A stretch of DNA of 62,695 bases from Eledone cirrhosa (lineage: Eukaryota), in contig CAXHJY010001247.1 in assembly GCA_964016885.1 (NCBI GenBank), positions 1 to 62,695 of the forward strand, read 5' to 3'. Below are positions 48,936 to 62,204 of this stretch, one piece after another. A program made the translations under genes and the position numbers. The stretch's first letter is position 1, and each line of letters begins with the position of its first letter. A model generated the notes under the pieces. The model was not told where the DNA came from and searched no databases. It saw only the letters and a program-made list of their open reading frames with translations.

Positions 48936-49018
48936 GTCTGACGAGCTTTTGATTCCAGAGTTGGGTCAGATCGATACAGATCGAACCTTGAGCTGATCAA
49001 TAGCGAAACGTGCGTCAC
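48936..49018 (+). ncRNA. Type I hammerhead core with long stem II and weak stem I
   Basis: CTGACGA at 48938-48944. Stem II gctt-ttgat/atcaa-tagc with an inner hairpin. GAAA at 49005-49008, stem III ACG-TG-CGT, GUC site, AATAAA just downstream. Only 2 bp of stem I remain. Confidence 0.7.
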
Positions 49019-49264
49019 CAATCAATAAACGTAATGAAGGTTTAACAAATCCTCCTTGTATTATTATATTTATATATATATATACAAAATATAAAACAAT
49101 CAAATTTTAGTTTTACATTTGTATTAAATGTATTAAACTAAAATTTGATTGTTTTATATTTTGTATCTTGGCTCTAATACATTTGATAATACTACCCTCC
49201 ACATTTATAATTATATATAACTCCTATATAAGTATAAATATTACTATATATATATATATATATA

Positions 49265-50820
49265 TACCGGCGCATAGGAAAGCATTTCTATGCAATTGCC
49301 ACTTACCCGACAATTGCCCTCTACTAAACAGATGCCTTGAGAAAAACGTAGTATACTTGTGTACTATCAACTCGGGTAGCTTGGCATGGTATTACATTGG
49401 TTCCACAGTTGATGTTTTCAAAAAACGGTGGTACGTGCACAGACATTCTATGATTAATAAGAACCAATCAAATACAACAACTCTTGCAAATAAAATTTGG
49501 CAACCCAAAAATGCAGGCACTAAATATGAGATCAACTGCTAAAGCCTATCAAACTGGTATGTCCCATTGTAGGCTCTGTAATATGGAGCTCTTCCAAATT
49601 CTTAATTTTAGTAAAACCCTTCTCAACAGTAGAATTGAGCGAACTATTTTTTGCCGACATAAATCAGCATCTAAGTTCCTGAACTTTAGACCAACTTAAC
49701 TCTGTTTTCTTCTCCTTATTCCTTTTTACACTTCTAGAACTTATTACGATATCAAATTACCACAAACTTCACAATTATGTAGGAATAACCTAAAAACATT
49801 TGTATTAACATCATTATTTTTACTTTTATTTTTTATTTATATTTACATTATTTATTATCTTATATATATACATCTTTCACCATGTGTCTTTATATTTCTC
49901 CACTTAAACATATCCTATCTTGATCATTTTATCTTATAATATAATTGTTTCTACTTTAGGCACAAGGCCAGCAATCACCCAGTGCATTACTGGTACTTTA
50001 TACATCTCAAACTAACTATTTTACATAGTAATGTATATTCGTCCGTGTGTTTAATTTCTTCTCTCTATTCTTCATATCCGTATATTAATTTTCTCTTCTA
50101 TATTTTCTCTTCTCTCTTCTTCATATCCCCATATTCTTGATTAATTTCTATCCCCTCTACTCCCTCATCCCTCTTAATCTTCCTCTATTTCTTTCTCATC
50201 TTCCTTACTTATCCTTCCTCTTCGCCTATGATATATTCCCCCCCCCCCCTTCTCTCCTTCTCTACACATATCTTTATTATTATTAATATCATTTGTATTT
50301 TAATACGATAGGTTGATTTCATAGAGTTGCCGGTTACACTTTTAACTATATCTTAGTTCCTTCTTTCTTTCTCTCTCATTTCCATCTGTCTCCCTTCCTT
50401 TATTTATTTATCATTAACAATAGTATTGATGTAGTAGTTTGAATTTTTAAGTTTACCGTTACGCATCATATATTTTATATTTCTTACGCATATATTTTAT
50501 ATTTCTTAATGGTTTCTGATGAAATGGTTGAATTTAAATGTATTGTAAGTTGAATTGTACTTCTCCAGTATTTAGCAATTAATAGACAATTCTACCATGG
50601 AAACAATTGTAAGACTATAAATAAATACCTTTGTTTGTTTTGTCAACCATGTTATTAACTTTTTTATTACTCCAAGATATATTTACATAGGAATACAAGC
50701 ACAATTGTCACCAACGTAAACATCTTGTTGAGTCACACACTACCGTGTGCTTTTAAACTGTCCATGAGACGTTGTTTTCGCAGACTCTTATCGGATTACC
50801 TTTAACAATTTATTGCTATC
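49265..50820 (+). mobile_element. Penelope-like element 3, 5'-truncated, frameshifted GIY-YIG, 3' UTR and hammerhead
   Basis: CNCHLPDNCPLLNRC, VVYLC...YYIGST, FKKRWYVH, then after a frameshift CRLCNMEL...LLNSRIE...CRHK (stop at 49699). HHR at 50509-50618. Confidence 0.85.
50509..50618 (+). ncRNA. Type I hammerhead ribozyme with long stem II
   Basis: Stem I atggttt/agactat. CTGATGA at 50516-50522. Stem II atggt-t-gaatt/aattc-t-accat. GAAA at 50600-50603, palindromic ACAATTGT, GUA site, followed by AATAAA. Confidence 0.85.
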
Positions 50821-50838
50821 ATATATATATATATATAC

Positions 50839-53602
50839 ACTAAATCCCTCCCCCATGAAGAATGCACCTCCCAACATAGACTGATAATTAGCGACCTCAT
50901 AGTCAGGACGAGACGTACTCGACAACAGAAGAGGACTATCCTCAGGAGGAAAATATGGAAGCTAAAGGACCCCACAGCCAGGAATAACTTTCAAAGCATA
51001 TTACTTGATGCTTTCGACAGTAAGGAAGAACATTTAGAGTCGGACAATATAGAGGGAGAGTGGGAATTTCTGAAAGCAAACCTGCTGTTGGCGACAGACG
51101 AAGTCTGTGGCTGGAGCAGGCCTGTAGGCAGGAGGAGAGTAACATGGTGGTGGAACAGTAAGGTGGAGGGGTCAATTAAGGCCAAAAAGCAGGCTTGGAA
51201 AGTATGGCGGGATGGGGGAAGTAGAGAGGACTATCAAGTGGCCAGGAGGGAAGCTAGGAGACAAGTGTACTTAGCAAGAAGGGAAGCTGAGGAAAGAAAG
51301 TTCAAGCATGTTCTACAACGCGAGGACCAAAAACGTGAGGTGTTCAGGATTGCTAGGCAATGCGTCAAGGAAAACCGTGATATTGTCGGGGAGAAGTGTG
51401 TACTAAACGACGATGGCACACTTGCCATCACCGACGCTGATAAGAAGGTAGCTTGGAAGTGTCACTATGAAAGGCTACTAAATGAGGAGAATAATTGGGA
51501 GAAAGGCAGTCTCCCCCATATCGACCCAATAGAGGGACCAGCAGTGTTAGTCGAGGGGAGTATAATAAGTAAGGCAATCAAGGATATGAAGACGGGTAAG
51601 GCGGCTGGGCCTTCGGAAATAGTTGCTGAGATGCTGAAGGCATCTGGCACGGTGGGACACACCATGGTCACCCGCATAGTTAACCAAGTCGTACAGAATG
51701 GGGTTGTTCCGAAGGACTGGCATAGCAGCATCATCGTTAACTGTTATAAGGGTAAAGGAGACGCCCTAGATAGGAGTAACTATAGAGGCATTAAATTAAT
51801 CGACCAGGTCATGAAGGTCACGGAAAAAGTAATAGCGCAACTAATCAGAGAGAGAATTGACCTAGATGAAATGCAGTTCGGGTTTGTGTCAGGCAAAAGT
51901 ACCACAGACGCTCTTTTCATAGTACGACAACTACAGGAGAAGTACCTAGCTAAAGGTAAACCCCTCTACTTAGCTTTTGTCGACTTGGAGAAAGCCTTCG
52001 ACAGAGTCCCCCGCTCCATTATCTGGTGGGCTCTTAGAAAACTAGGCGTTGACGAATGGCTTGTGAGGGCTATACAAGCCATGTATAAAGAAACTGTCAG
52101 CAAGGTTAGAATTAACAACGAATATAGTGAAGAGTTTAGCGTAAAAGTTGGCGTCCATCAGGGCTCTGTTCTCAGCCCACTACTATTTATTATTGCCCTT
52201 CAGGCTATAACAGAGGAGTTCAAGACAGGCTGCCCATGGGAACTCCTATACGCAGACGACCTGACACTCATAGCGGAATCAATGGCCGAGCTAGAGAAGA
52301 AATTCCAAACATGGAAGCACGGCCTAGAGTCAGAAGGACTTAAAATTAACCTGGCTAAGACCAAAGTACTTGTTTGTAGGAAAGAAAACAAGGCGGCGGT
52401 CCCTTCTGGGAAATGGTCGTGCTCGGTGTGTAGGAAAGGCGTAGGTAGAAACTCCATTTTATGTCCTAAATGCAAAGTATGGGTGCATAAAAGATGTAGT
52501 GGGATCACAGGTAAGCTAACTAAGAACATAGATTTTACATGTGGCCGGTGCTCTGGTGCAATAAGTAGCAGCAAGTGCCCACAAGCTACTAGCTCTTTCA
52601 ATTGCGCAGAGGGTTCTATAGAAATAGTGGACAGCTTCCGTTACCTGGGCGATAAAATCAGCAGTGGGGGAGGGTGCTCTGAAAGTACTGTAGCTAGAGT
52701 CAGAACTGGTTGGAAAAAGTTCAGAGAGCTTATACCACTATTAGCTGCTAAAGGGTTCTCACTAAAAATGAAAGGCAGGTTGTACGATGCCTGCATACGA
52801 ACAGCAATGCTGCATGGCAGTGAGACCTGGGCATTGTGTGCAGAGGATATACGCAGACTAGAGAGGAACGAAGCTTGCATGCTCCGCTGGATGTGTAACA
52901 GTAATATACGTGAACGGCAAAGCATAAACGAACTAAGGAAAAAATTAGAGATAAGAGGGATCAGATGTTGTTTACTCGAGAGAAGGCTACGTTGGTATGG
53001 ACACGTGATGCGCATGAAAGTCGATAGCTGTATAACAAAGTGCAGGGCAATAAAGATAGACGGTAGTCACGGAATAGGCAGACCTAGAAAAACCTGGGAC
53101 GAGCTGATAAACTCCGACATCACACACTTACACCTCTCCAAGACAATGTCACTGGACCGAGACCTTTGGCGGTACTCAGTAACAGAGAAGACCCGCCTTA
53201 CCTAAATATATAGTAAAACCTACTCCAGCCAGTAGGCATCCCTAACAAAATACACCCCGCCCCACCACCCCCACCCCTACCCCATCCACACCACCCCGTT
53301 CTATGTAAAGTTATGTTGGTGCCGCGCCATCGAGGCCGAAACAAATGAGATCGTGTAGGTGTCACGACAAAAAAACACACAGTCCACGCTGTAATGTGGC
53401 CGTGTAGGCAACACGGTAAAAACCTCCCAGACCCACACTGTAAATGTGGTTGGTGTTAGGAAGGGCATCCAACTGTAGAAAACCTGCCAGACAGTCCTAT
53501 GCGAGCAAGACAATCACTCTTGCCTCAAGTGGGACTACCCCCGTCCAAACCCATGCAAGCGTGGAACACGGACGTTAAACGTTGATGATGATGATGATGA
53601 TA
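50839..53602 (+). mobile_element. RTE family B, 5'-truncated at the end of the APE domain, ORF otherwise intact
   Basis: Frame open from 50839 to 53205: EECTSQHRL (APE end), complete RT, PHD-like finger and C-terminus. UTR and (GAT)n tail present. Confidence 0.94.
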
Positions 53603-53612
53603 TATATATATA

Positions 53613-53927
53613 GAAGGCACATGGCTTAGTGGTTAGAGCATTGGGCTTACAATCGAAAGGTTGTGAGTTGTTTCCTTGAGCAAGACACTTTATTTCACAT
53701 TGCTCCAGTTTACTCAGCTGTAGAAATGAGATGATAGGGACTGGGGTCCCTATCATTCCACTGCAAAGTGGTCGTGGAGGGGCCACGGCAAAAAAGCATC
53801 CAGCCCACACTGTAAATGAGGTTGGTGTTAGGAAGGGCATCCAGCTGTAGAAATCAAGCTAGAATCAGTTCCCGTCCTACCCTTGCAAGCAGGGAAAAGC
53901 GGGCGTAAAATGATGATGATGATGATG
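53613..53927 (+). mobile_element. tRNA-derived SINE family 1 (B-box region deleted)
   Basis: Homologous to 46944-47293. A 5'-only copy lies at about 60656-60790. Confidence 0.86.
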
Positions 53928-54013
53928 TAAAAGGTAAACAGAAATAACAACACATTCGGTACAGTATATGGAAGGTATATATTAGGTTAACGCTTGATAT
54001 AGCAGGAAGAGGG

Positions 54014-54049
54014 TCTTAACGTTTTGGACGCTAGTCCTTCATCAGAAGA
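54014..54049 (-). ncRNA. Degenerate minimal hammerhead (G12 mutated to A)
   Basis: Minus strand: tctt CTGATGA a-ggac-tagc-gtcc AAAA CG TT aaga. Confidence 0.62.
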
Positions 54050-54106
54050 AAGAATGAGAAATAAGATAGATTGAGGGGACAGGTGGGTTGGAATTGGAAA
54101 AAATGT

Positions 54107-54142
<36 letters not shown>

Positions 54143-54528
54143 AAATGTGGTTGGTGTGGAGGGTCGTCCAGCTGTAAAAATCCCTGCAAAATATAGTTCC
54201 ATTTGAGCAAGGTACAGCTTGTCCAGCTAGCCGGTTCTCTCTCATAATGTGGACAACGTCTCTAACCCATGCAAGCATGGAAAAATAGACATTAGACAGT
54301 GATGATGATATATATATATATGTATATAACATACACGGTATGTTATATTGCCTTGTAAATATATATTAGACAAGCTGTCAGTATATAAGTGGGAAGTCTA
54401 TAAATCAATATATTTCAAAACTCTTGTCTGTGTATGTATATATATATATATTTATATATATACATACACATGTTTTTGTGTATATATATGTGTGTATGTA
54501 TGTGTGTATATATGTGCGTGTGTATATG

Positions 54529-54561
<33 letters not shown>

Positions 54562-54853
54562 GTGTTTTTGTGTGTATATGTGTGTATGTATGTGTGTATA
54601 TGTATATATATATACACACACACGTTTTTGTGTGTATATATGTGTATGTATGTGTGTATATGTATATATATATATACACACACACACACACGTGCTTTTG
54701 TGTGTATATATGTGTGTATGTATGTGTGTATATGTATATATATATACACACACACACACACGTGTTTTTGTGTGTATATATCTGTATATGTATATATATA
54801 TATACACACACGTTTTTTGTGTGTATATATGTGTGTATGTACGTGTGTATATG

Positions 54854-54887
<34 letters not shown>

Positions 54888-55256
54888 TACACACACACGT
54901 GTTTTTGTGTGTATATATGTGTATGTATGTTAATGTGTATATATGTTTGTATGTATGTGTGTATATGTATATATATATGTGTGTGTGTATACACGTTTTG
55001 TGTATATATGTGTGTATGTTAATGTGTATATAAGGGTGAGAGAGGGAGGGATAGAGAGGGTGAGATAGAGAGGGAGAGAGAGAGAGGGGGAGAGAGGGGA
55101 AACACATGTTAAGAAAGGAGATTGATAAAGTTTCCATGTCAGAAAATAATTTCAATAATTGTCAGAGACAAGAAGATATATTTTAGTCATTTGTTAAGTA
55201 ATTTGTTGTTTCACAGTCCTTGGTCTGTCACCCTCTACCCCTCTCTTCTGGGGCCT

Positions 55257-55813
55257 ATTAGTCCTTGCTTTTCCCCTATAGTCCTTGCTCTTCCTCTATA
55301 GCCCTTGCTCTTCCCCTATAGTCCTTGCTTTTCCCCTATAGTCCTTGCTTTTCCTCTATAGTCTTTGCTCTTCCCCTATAGTCCTTGCTCTTCCCCTATA
55401 GTCCTTGCTCTTCCCCTATAGCCCTTTCTCTTCCCCTATAGTCCTTGCTTTTCACCTATAGTCCTTGCTCTTCCCCTATAGTCCTTGCTTTTCCCCTATA
55501 GTCCTTGCTCTTCCCCTATAGTCTTTGCTTTTCCCCTATAGTCCTTGCTCTTCCCCTATAGCCCTTGCTCTTCCCCTATAGTCCTTGCTCTTCCCCTATA
55601 GTCCTTGCTCTTCCCCTATAGCCCTTGCTCTTCCCCTATAGTCCTTGCTCTTCCCCTATAGTCCTTGCTTTTCCCCTATAGCCCTTGCTCTTCCCCTATA
55701 GTCCTTGCTTTTCCCCTATAGCCCTTGCTGCTCCCCTATAGTCCTTGTTCTTCCCCTATAGTCCTTGTTCTTCCCCTATAGACCTTGCTCTTCCCCATAT
55801 AGTCCTTGCTCTT
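55257..55813. repeat. 20-bp minisatellite, about 28 copies
   Basis: Unit gtccttgctcttcccctata. Confidence 0.97.
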
Positions 55814-56542
55814 CAACAAAGCATGGTTGCTTCATTTCTCTCCAGTCTAAGCATGTCCTCTACAATCACAGCCCATGTCTCATGGAGAACGTGAGATGTA
55901 AGCGAGACACAGATCCCTGGCCAGTCTGGGAGATCAGTAGCCCTGCTTCAGTACTAACTTGCTCTATGTAAACCCAGCCAACCCTTGCTAGCAAGGAAAG
56001 CAGACATGAAATAATGATGATTGTGTGTGTGTGTGTGTGCGCACAAAATGTCAAGTTCATTTGAAATTCATCAATTGTGTATCCAAACCTGTGACCTGGT
56101 TATTGACCCAGTTCCATTGTCACAGTGTCTGTGACAGTGACCAGGTCACAAAGAGTGCAACCAAAATTCAATAGTTTCAATATTTTTTCTTTCTTTTTTA
56201 TAAAATATTCTCAGGTCCCAAATAATAGGGCGTGTGGGGTGGAATAAGTGGTTATTTGGGGGGGTGGACCTGAGAGTAGCTACTACGACTGTTCCAGGGT
56301 GTGACTACCACACAATACACACACTACATAAGCAACATCTGATACTCTGTCACATACCTCGCATCATCCGCTCTCTTTTGGGCCACCGCTCTTGACGGCC
56401 ACGTACCCCCCACCCCACCCGCCACTCACGACCACATAATACCCTCACTCCCACTCCCATACCCTATTTCCAGACAGACCAGCGTACACGCAAATTGTAA
56501 ATAATATGTAATAAATCAAATCGTTAATTTATATCTAATAAA

Positions 56543-56733
56543 CAATTGTTTCTACTATTGGCACAAGGCCAGCAATTACCCAGTACATTACTGGTACTTT
56601 ATTTTATCGACCCGGTAAGGATGACAGGCAAAGTTAACCACAGCGGGATTTGAACTCAGAAATGGCAAGGGTCGTAACTCTATGCTGGAAAGCATGGCGT
56701 CCGACCCTCTACCGATACTGCCAATTCACCGCC
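56543..56733 (-). mobile_element. tRNA-SINE family 2, full length, with 15-bp target-site duplication
   Basis: ggcggtgaattggcagtatcggtag...gagttcaaatccc. The duplication tttatatctaataaa lies at 56528-56542 and 56734-56748. Confidence 0.88.
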
Positions 56734-57738
56734 TTTATATCTAATAAATAATATAATATCTATATATATAAAACAGAAGATGTATGTCTGTGTGTCTGTT
56801 TCCCTAAAACTTGAGAAGTACCTAACCGTTTTATTTCAAACTTTACACATGTAACCCGTATGGCCCCGGAAGTGTTTTGAGCAAAGAAAAATTTCAAATT
56901 ATTCTGAGCTAGGGATCGAATTAGTGAAGTGGCCAATGTCTGTATATACTGAGGGAGTGAGAGGGGAGAGAAAGAAACGGAGGGGCAAAGTGAAGAAGTG
57001 GCTCTCTACTCCTCCTCCTCCTTCTCCCCATTCGTCACAGTGTTTTTCAATAGAGGGGAGAAATGTGAACGAGTTACAGAGAGAAAGAGTGAGAGTGAAA
57101 GAAACAGACAGACTAAAAGAGGGGGATAGCGGGAGAGAGAGAGTGACAGACGCCGTCTTTTGAGAGTTGTATGCGTCAAAGATACATGACAGTGGAATAA
57201 CTATTGCGTGTGTGTGTATGAGTTTGTGTGCGTTTGCATGCGTGAGTGATTATAAACTCTCTCACATGGTCTGATGGAATTAACCCTTTAGCATTTACAT
57301 TACTCTATATATACTATATTATTTTCATGGTAAAGGCTTTATCTCACATAATATAAAAATCTCATAGATTTAATATTATTTATTTTGAGAACAATACCTT
57401 AACCCTTTAGTATTAGAACCACCCAACCGATTGTTTTCAAACTTTACACATGTAATACTTATGGTCCTGTGAGTGTTTTGAGCAAAGAATATTTCAAATG
57501 TTCAATGTCCTAGGGACCGCATTAAGAGATTTAGCGATCTCTCTCAATAATTCTTAGTCTTTCTTTTTAGATAGATACATAGATATGACGTTGCACCCTT
57601 ATAATATCTGTCTGTATGTCTGGCTGTCTGCATTAAGACATTATGACGATATATGTGTGTGTATATATGTATATATATATATAGTGTGTACATCTCATTA
57701 CAGTTGAAAATTGCAAACTTGACTGTCACCACACATTA

Positions 57739-57777
57739 TGAACCTGAAGATTGCGAAAGCATGAAAGTACTTGTTTA
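57739..57777 (+). ncRNA. Minimal type I hammerhead ribozyme
   Basis: tgaac CTGAAGA t-tgc-gaaa-gca-t GAAA GTAC TT gttta. Confidence 0.85.
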
Positions 57778-57924
57778 ATTAACACTTAACATTTAATATT
57801 CATTCTAATACCATTATAAATTTTAAAGGATTGTAAATAAAACGAGTAAATCAGACAAAGTTGGAATTCCTCTTATTAATATATATAGTGTGTAACATTT
57901 TTCGAAATATTTACTTCTACGTTC

Positions 57925-57999
57925 ACAGATTGATGTTTTAGTTTCAGAAGATCCCGTTAAGGGTGAAAGCAGCGATTCTTTGCTTAAACTTTAATCTGT
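57925..57999 (+). ncRNA. CAGAAGA-core hammerhead (PLE-2 family) inside a Helitron
   Basis: Same fold and core as 14332-14407. Confidence 0.7.
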
Positions 58000-58001
58000 T
58001 A

Positions 58002-58067
<66 letters not shown>

Positions 58068-58205
58068 TGTACAGATATTTTTGCATACACAATAACAAAA
58101 TATAAACAAACGTATTTATTTCACGAGGCTCGATAAGGATAAATATATATCAAATATATAAGAATCCTAGAGCAAATCCCAGGCAACGCCGGGCCATTCT
58201 GCTAG

Positions 58206-58222
58206 TATATATATATAAAGAC

Positions 58223-58253
<31 letters not shown>

Positions 58254-59725
58254 CATTCTTTATTGTTCTCCATTCTGTAGAAGAGAGAGAGAGGGGGTAT
58301 GAGTGAGAGAGAGAGAGGGTATGAGAAAAAAGGGAGAGGGGGTTGAGAAAGAAAGAAAGTTTAAGCAAAGAATCGCTGCTTTCAACATTAATGGGATCTT
58401 CTGAAACTAATAAATTCAATCTGTGAACGCAGAATTAAATATTTTGAGAAACATTGCAGCCGAAGGAAAACAGGAAGATGATATTTTGGTTCGTGAAGAC
58501 GTTCCCTGGCAATAAACGGAAGAAAAGTGAGGATAATACGTCGTTATGTGGAGCGAGAAGAACAATTTCATGCAAAGACAAGACCAAGTTTATGGTATAA
58601 ATGGAGTCGTTAGACTAATATTCTATTTAAAATAACCAAATGATTTCCAGCCCTGGAGTTTAAGAATGATGTAAATAAAATTGTAAACGAAAATGACAGA
58701 GGTTATTAAAATAGTTGTTTCTACTTTTGGCACAAGGCCAGCAATTATCCAGTACATTACTGGTACTTTATTTTATCAACCCCGTAAGGATAAAAGGCAA
58801 AGTTAACCTCGACGGGATTTTAACTTTGCCTTAAAATAGTAAAAGTAAATAGTGAAGATTTAGGCCAGTACATACGTATGCGCCGACGGACATACATATA
58901 CACACGCGGACATACACACACGCGCACGCACGCGTGTGTGTGTAAACCTTATACATTTCTAGAGTATTTTCACCAAACTTAAGACATAGGTTACTTATGT
59001 ACTCCGGATGGTCATGGGCACTTTCATTTTTCCAGATATTGATTGTAGGGCCTCTCGGCAGATAACCCCCTTCAACCACATCCTGGAGTCGACTGAAGCA
59101 CTGCAGTGCAATGCAACAAAACGTCATAACTTCTGGAGTTCCCAACCGATTTTCACAAAACTTGACACATGGGCTACGTTTGTTCTACAGATGAATGTGA
59201 AAGGAACTTAACATTGTAACTTTAACATAGCTACTGAACAGCCCCGAGCAACGCCGGGCTTTACTGCTATAGGCGATAAAGTTGTGCAGACAAACAGTCG
59301 TGCAGAGAGGTGATATAGGCGATAAAGTTGTGCAGACAGACAGTCGTGCAGAGAGGTGATAAGCGATAAAATTGCATTTTTTGTTTTGTTTTTCATGTCC
59401 ATCCAATTTCTTTGGATGGACATAACTGATATTTTGGTTACGCTGATGTTTTTCTCTGAGACAAGTGTTGCAGTATTTACATTTTCGATTTTTGTTAATA
59501 GATTACCAGTGCAGTTTTTATCCTCTTCTGTTTTAACATTCGAGTTATGGTTATGTTTTCTTAACTTCATAAGTCATACTGTTGGTTGAGGGAATATTAA
59601 TCGAAAGTACCACATGAAAGTCTACACTGTAGACTCTACAGTTCTTAAGCCAAGAAAGGAACTTAACATTGTAACTTTAACACAGCTACTGAGCAGCCCC
59701 GAGCAACGCAGGGCTTTACTGCTAG
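58206..59725 (+). mobile_element. Second Helitron-like unit in head-to-tail tandem, containing an inverted PLE-2 UTR fragment (about 58358-58620) and a SINE fragment
   Basis: 3' hairpin plus CTAG|T at about 59697-59725, with a duplicated 3' end at about 59200-59270. The 5' end is not a clean TC. Confidence 0.6.
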
Positions 59726-60379
59726 TATATTACTAAAACAGAGAATGTCTGTCTGTCTGACTCCCTAAAACTTGAGAACCACCCAACCGATTGTTTTCAA
59801 ACTTTACACATGTAATACTTATGGTCCTGTGAGTGTTCTGAGCAAAAAACATTCAAATTTTCAATGCCCTAGGGACCGCATTAGACGATTTAGCGATCTC
59901 TTTCTCTCTCTCTTAGTCTTTCTCTTTTTAGATAGATACATAGATATAACGTTGCGCCCTTATAATATCTGTCTGGGTGTCTGCGTTACGTCATTATGAC
60001 GCGATCAGTGTGTGTGTGTATATATGTATATATAGTGTGTGTGTATATATATATAGTGTGTAATGTTTTTCGAAATATTTACTTCTGCATTCACAGATTG
60101 ATTTTTTAGTTTCAGAAGATCCCGTTAAGGGTGAAAGCAGCGATTCTTTGCTTAAACTTTAATCTGTTATTCTAATATATATATATATATATATATTCGT
60201 GTACAGATATTTTTGCGGACACAATAACAAAATATAAACAAAAGTATTTATTTCGCGATAAAGTATTGATTTTCTTCTCACGGAACAAAACCCTGGTAAT
60301 CTATGACAAATTTTTTTTTATAAGCACAAAATGTAGACACCATCTCGAGGCCAAGATATTCCGTAGTTCTCTGTTACTG

Positions 60380-60420
<41 letters not shown>

Positions 60421-60566
60421 TATATTCGTGTACAGATATTTTTGCATACACAATAACAAAATATAAACAAACTTATTTATTTCATGAGGCTCGATAAGGA
60501 TAAATATATATCAAATATATAAGAACCCTAGAGCAAATCCCGAGCAACGCCGGGCCATTCTGCTAG
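59726..60566 (+). mobile_element. Third non-autonomous Helitron unit
   Basis: (TCTG)n near the 5' end and an aaccgattgttttcaaactt motif. The 3' end is cccgagcaacgccggg...CTAG|T. Confidence 0.75.
60093..60167 (+). ncRNA. CAGAAGA-core hammerhead (PLE-2 family) inside a Helitron
   Basis: Same fold and core as 14332-14407. Confidence 0.7.
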
Positions 60567-62204
60567 TAGATACTCAAATAATATATAATATGTATAAATA
60601 AATATATATTTTTTATTTTACTATATTTATGTATAATATGTATCATTTGTTGGTGAAGGTGCATGGCTCAGTGGTTAGAGCATTGGGCTTGCAATCGAAA
60701 GGTTGTGAGTTTGATTCGTGGACAGGGTGGTGTGTTGTTTCCTTGAGCAAGACAATTTATTTCACGTTGCTCCAGTTTACTCAGCTGTAGAGTTGTGACC
60801 CTGCCAAATCAATGAGTGGCAGTAGTTCCAGCTGCATCAAAAGACATCAGAGAACAATGTGGCTTTGCAGATGATCAATCAATGCAAAGTTAGAAAAGAA
60901 CTATTGACCTTCAGGAGAAGTAGTGACCCCTGATTGTATTCAGCAACTGAAACAAATATGAAGCACACCATATCCAATGCTCCTAGGGGCGGCCCTGGGT
61001 CTTCTTATTTGTGATTCGATGTATCATATGTAGGAGGCAACTAGGAGGAGTACAAGACTGACCTGCTAGAAAGAGCAAACACAGATAATGTAGGTCAGTA
61101 AAGATGTAAAAAGGTGGAGGGTGACAATGGCCTTAGATACACACACGCACATACACACATACACACACATACATACACACACACACACACACATACATAC
61201 ATACATACATACATACACACACATACACACACACATACACACACGCACATACACACATGCAGCCACTCACACACACATACACACAAACATACACACTCAC
61301 ATACATACACACACGCTCACTGTATATATATATCAATGAGGGATTAATGTCTCACCCTAATCCATCGTGTCATCCCCCCCCCCTACTTATGTATCATTAC
61401 CTTTGTCTAGTGTACATCTATGACTAATCACTAAACTCTTCCTAGTCTGGCTAGTTGGACATGCTAGAAATAGCAAGCTAAAGGAAGGAAAGGATTCAAA
61501 TGCCAGGTTAGATCAAGGGAACTCAATCAGGCACTGGCCTAGGGTTAAACAACAACACATCAATCATTTCAATTTTGCTTAATTGAAGATTTAAGGGTGA
61601 ATCTGGGTACCCTCAAAATTGTCATGGTGTTCCCCAAATCTGGTTTCCCCTATTCTCTTCAAAATGGGCATCCTAAAAATCTGAGTAAGCCTAAAAATAT
61701 CCGGGTATCCCCAAAATCTTGTTACCCCACCCCTAAAAAAAACATATACCCCCCCCCCTCATTCCAAAATAAAACCTTGGCTACCTTAAAAAATCTGCCT
61801 CACTCTCTTTCCCTAAAATTTGCCCTCATTCCCTAAAATGTGGGTGGCCCATGAATATCTGGGTATTGCGAAAATCTAGTTAACACCCCCAAAAATCTGG
61901 TTCTCCTCCAACAAAAAGAATACCTGGGGAACCTGAAAAAGTCTTCCTCCATTTCCTAAAATGTCAATAGTCTAAGAATATCTGGGTATTTACTCTCCTA
62001 CTGGGACTGGGGTGGCGATGGAAGAACATTTTCAATATGTCCCCTTCTTGAAAAAATCTATTTTATTGTGAAATTCTTTCAACTAAATTGTAAATACTTC
62101 AATAAAAAAACACTCCCAGTACACTCTGTCAAACTGTTGGTGTTAAGGTGATCCAGCTGTGGAAACCAAGCTCCCAGTACACTCTGTAAAGTGGTTGGTG
62201 TTAG

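Larger units (their letters stand above)
56759..58205 (+). mobile_element. Non-autonomous Helitron (composite) carrying two hammerheads
   Basis: 5' A|TCTATATATATAAAA; 3' hairpin cccaggcaacgccggg at 58178-58193, then CTAG|T. About 57415-58205 is homologous to about 59775-60566. Confidence 0.78.

Noticed and set aside
60790-62110. Possible host exon in non-repetitive sequence
   Set aside because: Only short ORFs with no recognisable domain or convincing splice context; it cannot be supported from sequence alone.
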